Shown here: piece by piece, positions 63,901 through 64,000 of the stretch
Layout of the letters: each line of letters starts with the position of its first letter
Numbering within the stretch: the stretch's first letter is position 1
Origin: Tubulanus polymorphus
Lineage: Eukaryota > Animalia > Nemertea
NCBI RefSeq assembly: GCF_964204645.1
Contig: NC_134025.1
Coordinates: forward strand, 8,680,001 to 8,744,000
Direction of reading: 5' to 3'
Length of the DNA stretch: 64,000 nucleotides
Position numbers and translations under genes: made by a program
Notes under the pieces: model-generated
The model's database searches: none
The model's input: the letters and a program-made list of their open reading frames with translations, nothing else
What the model was told of the DNA's origin: nothing

Positions 63901-64000
63901 TGCCGAGGCATAATATGTTGCCCGTATAACTGAAGATGTTGAGCTGCTGTACCGAGAGCTTGTCCGCTACCGATTTCAGTCATGTCAAATTTCAACCGAT
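39909..64000 (-). CDS. AFDN: Afadin (AF-6/canoe), partial: about 1770 aa in window, 5' RA-domain exons beyond the right edge
   Basis: 19 phase-consistent GT-AG exons: 63729->64000 (FHA: HCVIAHAEGIVT...IRFGKHNLFRFVDP), 63189-63295, 63017-63105 (LPASLEFRDD), 62734-62933 (FKLAPTYSLYM), 62254-62494 (FWMANASE), 61867-61920, 60450-60873 (DIL: SLLRRCRVNAALTIQLFSQLFHFIN), 60007-60191 (LPFLLPEDGYSCD), 59768-59838, 58789-58914 / 54205-54270 / 54047-54120 / 53816-53934 (PDZ: GSMGLSIVAA, GIYIKSVV, DGRLQAGDQLLEVDG), 53281-53481, 42426-44269 (Pro-rich), 42226-42347, 42005(or 41963)-42119, 40879-40992, 39909-40805 (TPGVVGGQEVYRDPR, LTFREKMKLF). Confidence 0.97.
44542..52995 (-). CDS. Giant intronic ORF in afadin: candidate 8454-nt alternative (terminal) exon, or nested gene from ATG 52896 (2784 aa); Ser/Lys/Glu/Asp-rich with about 20 S-L-K-D-L-x-x-x-F-E motifs
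   Basis: More than 2800 stop-free codons in AT-rich DNA. Strong acceptor CCCTTTTGTTTCTTTATCTCTTTATACAG| at 52996, in frame (phase 0). Lies wholly between afadin exons ending at 53281 and starting at 44269, which join each other in phase 1. ATTAAA on the minus strand at 44428-44433 after the stop. Confidence 0.88.
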   Translation of the reverse strand, partial: SLRRDLIATEAKDLRTPTLNQTDKGLHIFALSNMSEFQSSVSNTDGDSERGEQKTIKTNIDIKMSDPEREDSFVNKIKDFFSFGTDGKNDNSQLINDNIDDKTSNFAKESNSLPENNAILGKRIEDSGDINLPDHSGDLAKQNKSKASDTETMIEDESISVKISKFFEFRDNRKKSSENAMPNSNQNECKTLEAVTCQQNELNNVTISDKTPLFCEKSDQDEKLNTTPQKFPLKRKLSDLLNLEKADTDNTDKVHSKTSSEDSVLKQRLSDLFDLGKGSNLSEMKDDSSLTNESEDKSMHFGEILEDDEQKEIKKAKSKNDIEYFSSEMTLVSNDHSAGINQEAAVNGDLIHCTANESSEPKNEYDLRNDLVKGKDLDYEAVYDESKIDVLGQSVPCLPVCDMSELSEKDTHSTAEVKCFDKTDCDIDLQRIPVITAETRMMKEYSINELVPSFDGTADPIENSTLLPCCHEPNSESEEVIYLDEAQLTDEDKEISTITDRNRSSDKEMPSPDSNQESNNDALVKENIIQIDILNEEHQRPNQEVKGNSDHLAANNLSDIFSDEELTEEEQRLKDEIDRQLSSPPKMMPLKVTNVPVHVGDIENTKYEITDKGPADNSKKYSSFNPRSPRQEYSIVTEKETDRNENHSDSGFSTNRKLSGQSSDRSDVYGSDSASVVSEEQLIDDAFSGSQPDDGDRDDDIDDNMEYRVDKLGLKYRRGSFITNLESWDKGKADPALAVERVRKVSEGVRDIRALRTRGKSISDMIQKAESRVNEPTMPVKPILKQNTTSSEKCPPPVATKPVLRDRRLKSTGNVSSDIPSASNSRPLSLSTVPIDINEKAHRLTSPMTPVKSLKGSEGRHSISAERNYVEKELGAMRRTKSLRDVFENTAPHSTTEAEADKTKPKKMASILSSLGMSKSRSLKDLTQSFEEVEKASKHPKTLVDRDKVPADIKPKKSISTHSEIGSLWKSKSLKDLTNSFEANDKKAAEGEVVLRQKPGRSHGSNNADNRSLNKMKSRSLKDITKLYEERDKRAGDYESSSPRLSSAERSASTSLRNIKQACEERDHKVKSRESSSLSSSRLSNLEVVPSGSLKNITQKFEENDKRATVGSYSPRDKVKSLSSYGSLDRRQMNSQRHAFTSSVGDNSWKTTSLDRRNFGIQKQDGFDMYSGYDDGKFIEDKVETDNSEDATSEKNSSYVIDEQEVQMKPENFISDFAQVKKTEPEITDSKLVSQPLECLSKEILGGIIESPIRKDKERVTEESPKSHEHIELNVDITTKVGETNVETAHKENGLEEQAKVSVPVRKISLGKMKSAPDTSDGEVFVAPPRRHDIATDDKQSQPKLKGLQGLADKFQEQMDNDIDDVKRVRRKSEVEKPINVPAAKSESDNLIPSKISSGCPETQIEKSSARLSTINHSPEYSEAIYNIIANDDEPIDLISASKSFQDKAKAFENRKLPPPEKKDKRRKPPGSLKNFAKKFESLDAADSEKEIVTLRVKKTSPEKTDVVSRGSLRKSIHLFEDEAAKSAVTDVKAKEQKIQTDIPSLKMRLRSLYTTDKAESDQQPKSQDHVSKRRSLRHSVHHFEEESAKSAQSIASGKSSFSVGLSLKDRLKSLEQKADVDSPPKKSIPAKSRFRSDSENLVSMDEYKSKENLQRTRILSSKQEAVQTRDSTLPQGRISFAKNEGLGKKVDPMNDTLKAGTLPRRWRTRASKSDEKIQPSAPSFVNDTLVDSSSQQESEIGVLNMVKNVNLEGSVPMETISNDNVGKPQRRRPQRKSTGREEDLKHSDYNTPPVAEKSSEPIRRRRPHRNSANEDENLEISNDNEIKRNTLPQGNLSSQDENSYKKPEHLEQSEDKSRIRRRSSGRKLPATPVETKFSEDTGIITNVSEQKDDKVESKINETSSIDLRGEVEQKDDEVESKINKTSSIDLREQVDGSQVESKIVVISSIDLREQVHGSKVESRIDEISSIELSEQVDGSKVESTIDEISSIELREQVDESNVPDCIVSQSITNDSTQPNAQSNEDGAMSKVIKSVKGFFNIKDAQPQDEKESSNTKSNQESKPSFFSFRGSKKDNGPETSDMVHSVENSKSLSSNDMTSLVHRNTDFEDKSVITVSEEPQIECEIKHDVSSSVPIDETTHVEVNSSISCSKESNAKDSSEQLSVLDTTNDAVKVASPTTEEKAMKMSQQTLDIDNLVTETKITGVLQEASDKGMPKSESEQFATESKDISKSTESQPSELKSAYPRRKTSYFTRHLSRSWKNMENVDLNDIPKADELKQVGSDEDEEVLVKSGDISDITRVVEKWMVKTGADEAKAKPKEKSFKDLTQMMEQRYQKVEAKKNKQAEATLSRIKSGSLKDLTKILESRVPKSEEDKRKIEDDKLDRQAMSNIRSRTLKSLSQKFEVQAMKTEPLLSESKLKQIEATLIPVADQQKQIKPVVGAELNSLSRFHSQSMKNLSSKKLDIEPAPVLKREPTPEPEEVKLFAELGAVDFEKSTAEKAFDLIDTDFDPIPKNDEPKVEISSAFDDLSDSVFRSSATINLSNVQRPVIVRHSISSIPVSITPTETASKRRRRRSRDKDTKREISSSDSVDAVIVNKARPVARVTNEPIVQNEYSRLPVRKYSETSARILSKTTNNNKNDANRRASESGNSWRHRVLMDIDLSSDVLPSKKDITGVPSISNMALLKTKSKSMKDLKLNFGGASSNNDSSRSRLQRLSSSGGYKGSSEKLSEARKELFGGSSSVRKARSLKDLISDLEEPKDTVAKKCESRFSVGQHCASGSVKKRISMAEKLDEKSRSSPDLSVNISSSGYEENL
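46990..47330 (-). repeat. In-frame 63-bp (21-aa) tandem repeat inside the giant ORF, about 5 copies
   Basis: SKINETSSIDLRGEVEQKDDEVE / SKINKTSSIDLREQVDGSQVE / SKIVVISSIDLREQVHGSKVE / SRIDEISSIELSEQVDGSKVE / STIDEISSIELREQVDESNV. Confidence 0.9.
53042..53059 (-). CDS. Candidate 18-nt frame-preserving afadin microexon (adds TTHCVD)
   Basis: TTTTATTTCAG|CGACTCACTGTGTAGATA|GTGAGT; phase 1 in and phase 1 out, matching the flanking exons (53281 donor, 44269 acceptor); no stop. Confidence 0.45.
56043..56139 (-). CDS. Candidate internal alternative first exon of afadin (MRKVLR... start) with two GTAAGT donors
   Basis: ATG at 56139. CGC|GTAAGT after 18 nt (exon end 56122, phase 0, in frame with PDZ exon 54270). 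ACTG|GTAAGT after 97 nt (exon end 56043, phase 1, in frame with exon 53481). Confidence 0.45.
60251..60383. mobile_element. MITE of about 133 bp in an afadin intron
   Basis: CAGAGGCCATATACTCAAAAGTTGGTTT ... AAACTAACTTTCGAGCGACTGGCCCCAG form imperfect TIRs; related copy at about 34066-34156. Confidence 0.7.

Overview
AT-rich eukaryotic (animal) genomic DNA with short GT-AG introns, probably a marine invertebrate/spiralian (inference). Most ORFs in the supplied track are spurious because they use TTG/GTG starts and ignore splicing. Right half: two convergent spliced genes. One is a complete 14-exon SVOPL/SVOP-like MFS transporter (+, 31879-36144, about 516 aa). The other is the 3' three-quarters of afadin/AF-6/canoe (-, >64000-39909; FHA, DIL, PDZ, proline-rich, coiled-coil and C-terminal actin-binding region; 19 phase-consistent exons). 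The standout object is an uninterrupted 8.45-kb same-strand ORF (44542-52995) inside one afadin intron. It encodes about 2,800 aa of low-complexity protein with about 20 copies of an S-L-K-D-L-x-x-x-F-E motif that resembles afadin's own C-terminal motif and frabin/neurabin-type F-actin-binding motifs, so it is a candidate giant alternative exon or nested gene. Left half: the Ser/Arg-rich first coding exon of an unidentified minus-strand gene (4716-5171), then a repeat-rich zone with a 120-bp satellite array, foldback and nested MITE elements, an element bounded by identical 95-bp direct repeats, a micro-array of P-like hairpins and possible decayed Polinton ATPase and MULE remnants. No rRNA, tRNA or CRISPR array was recognised.
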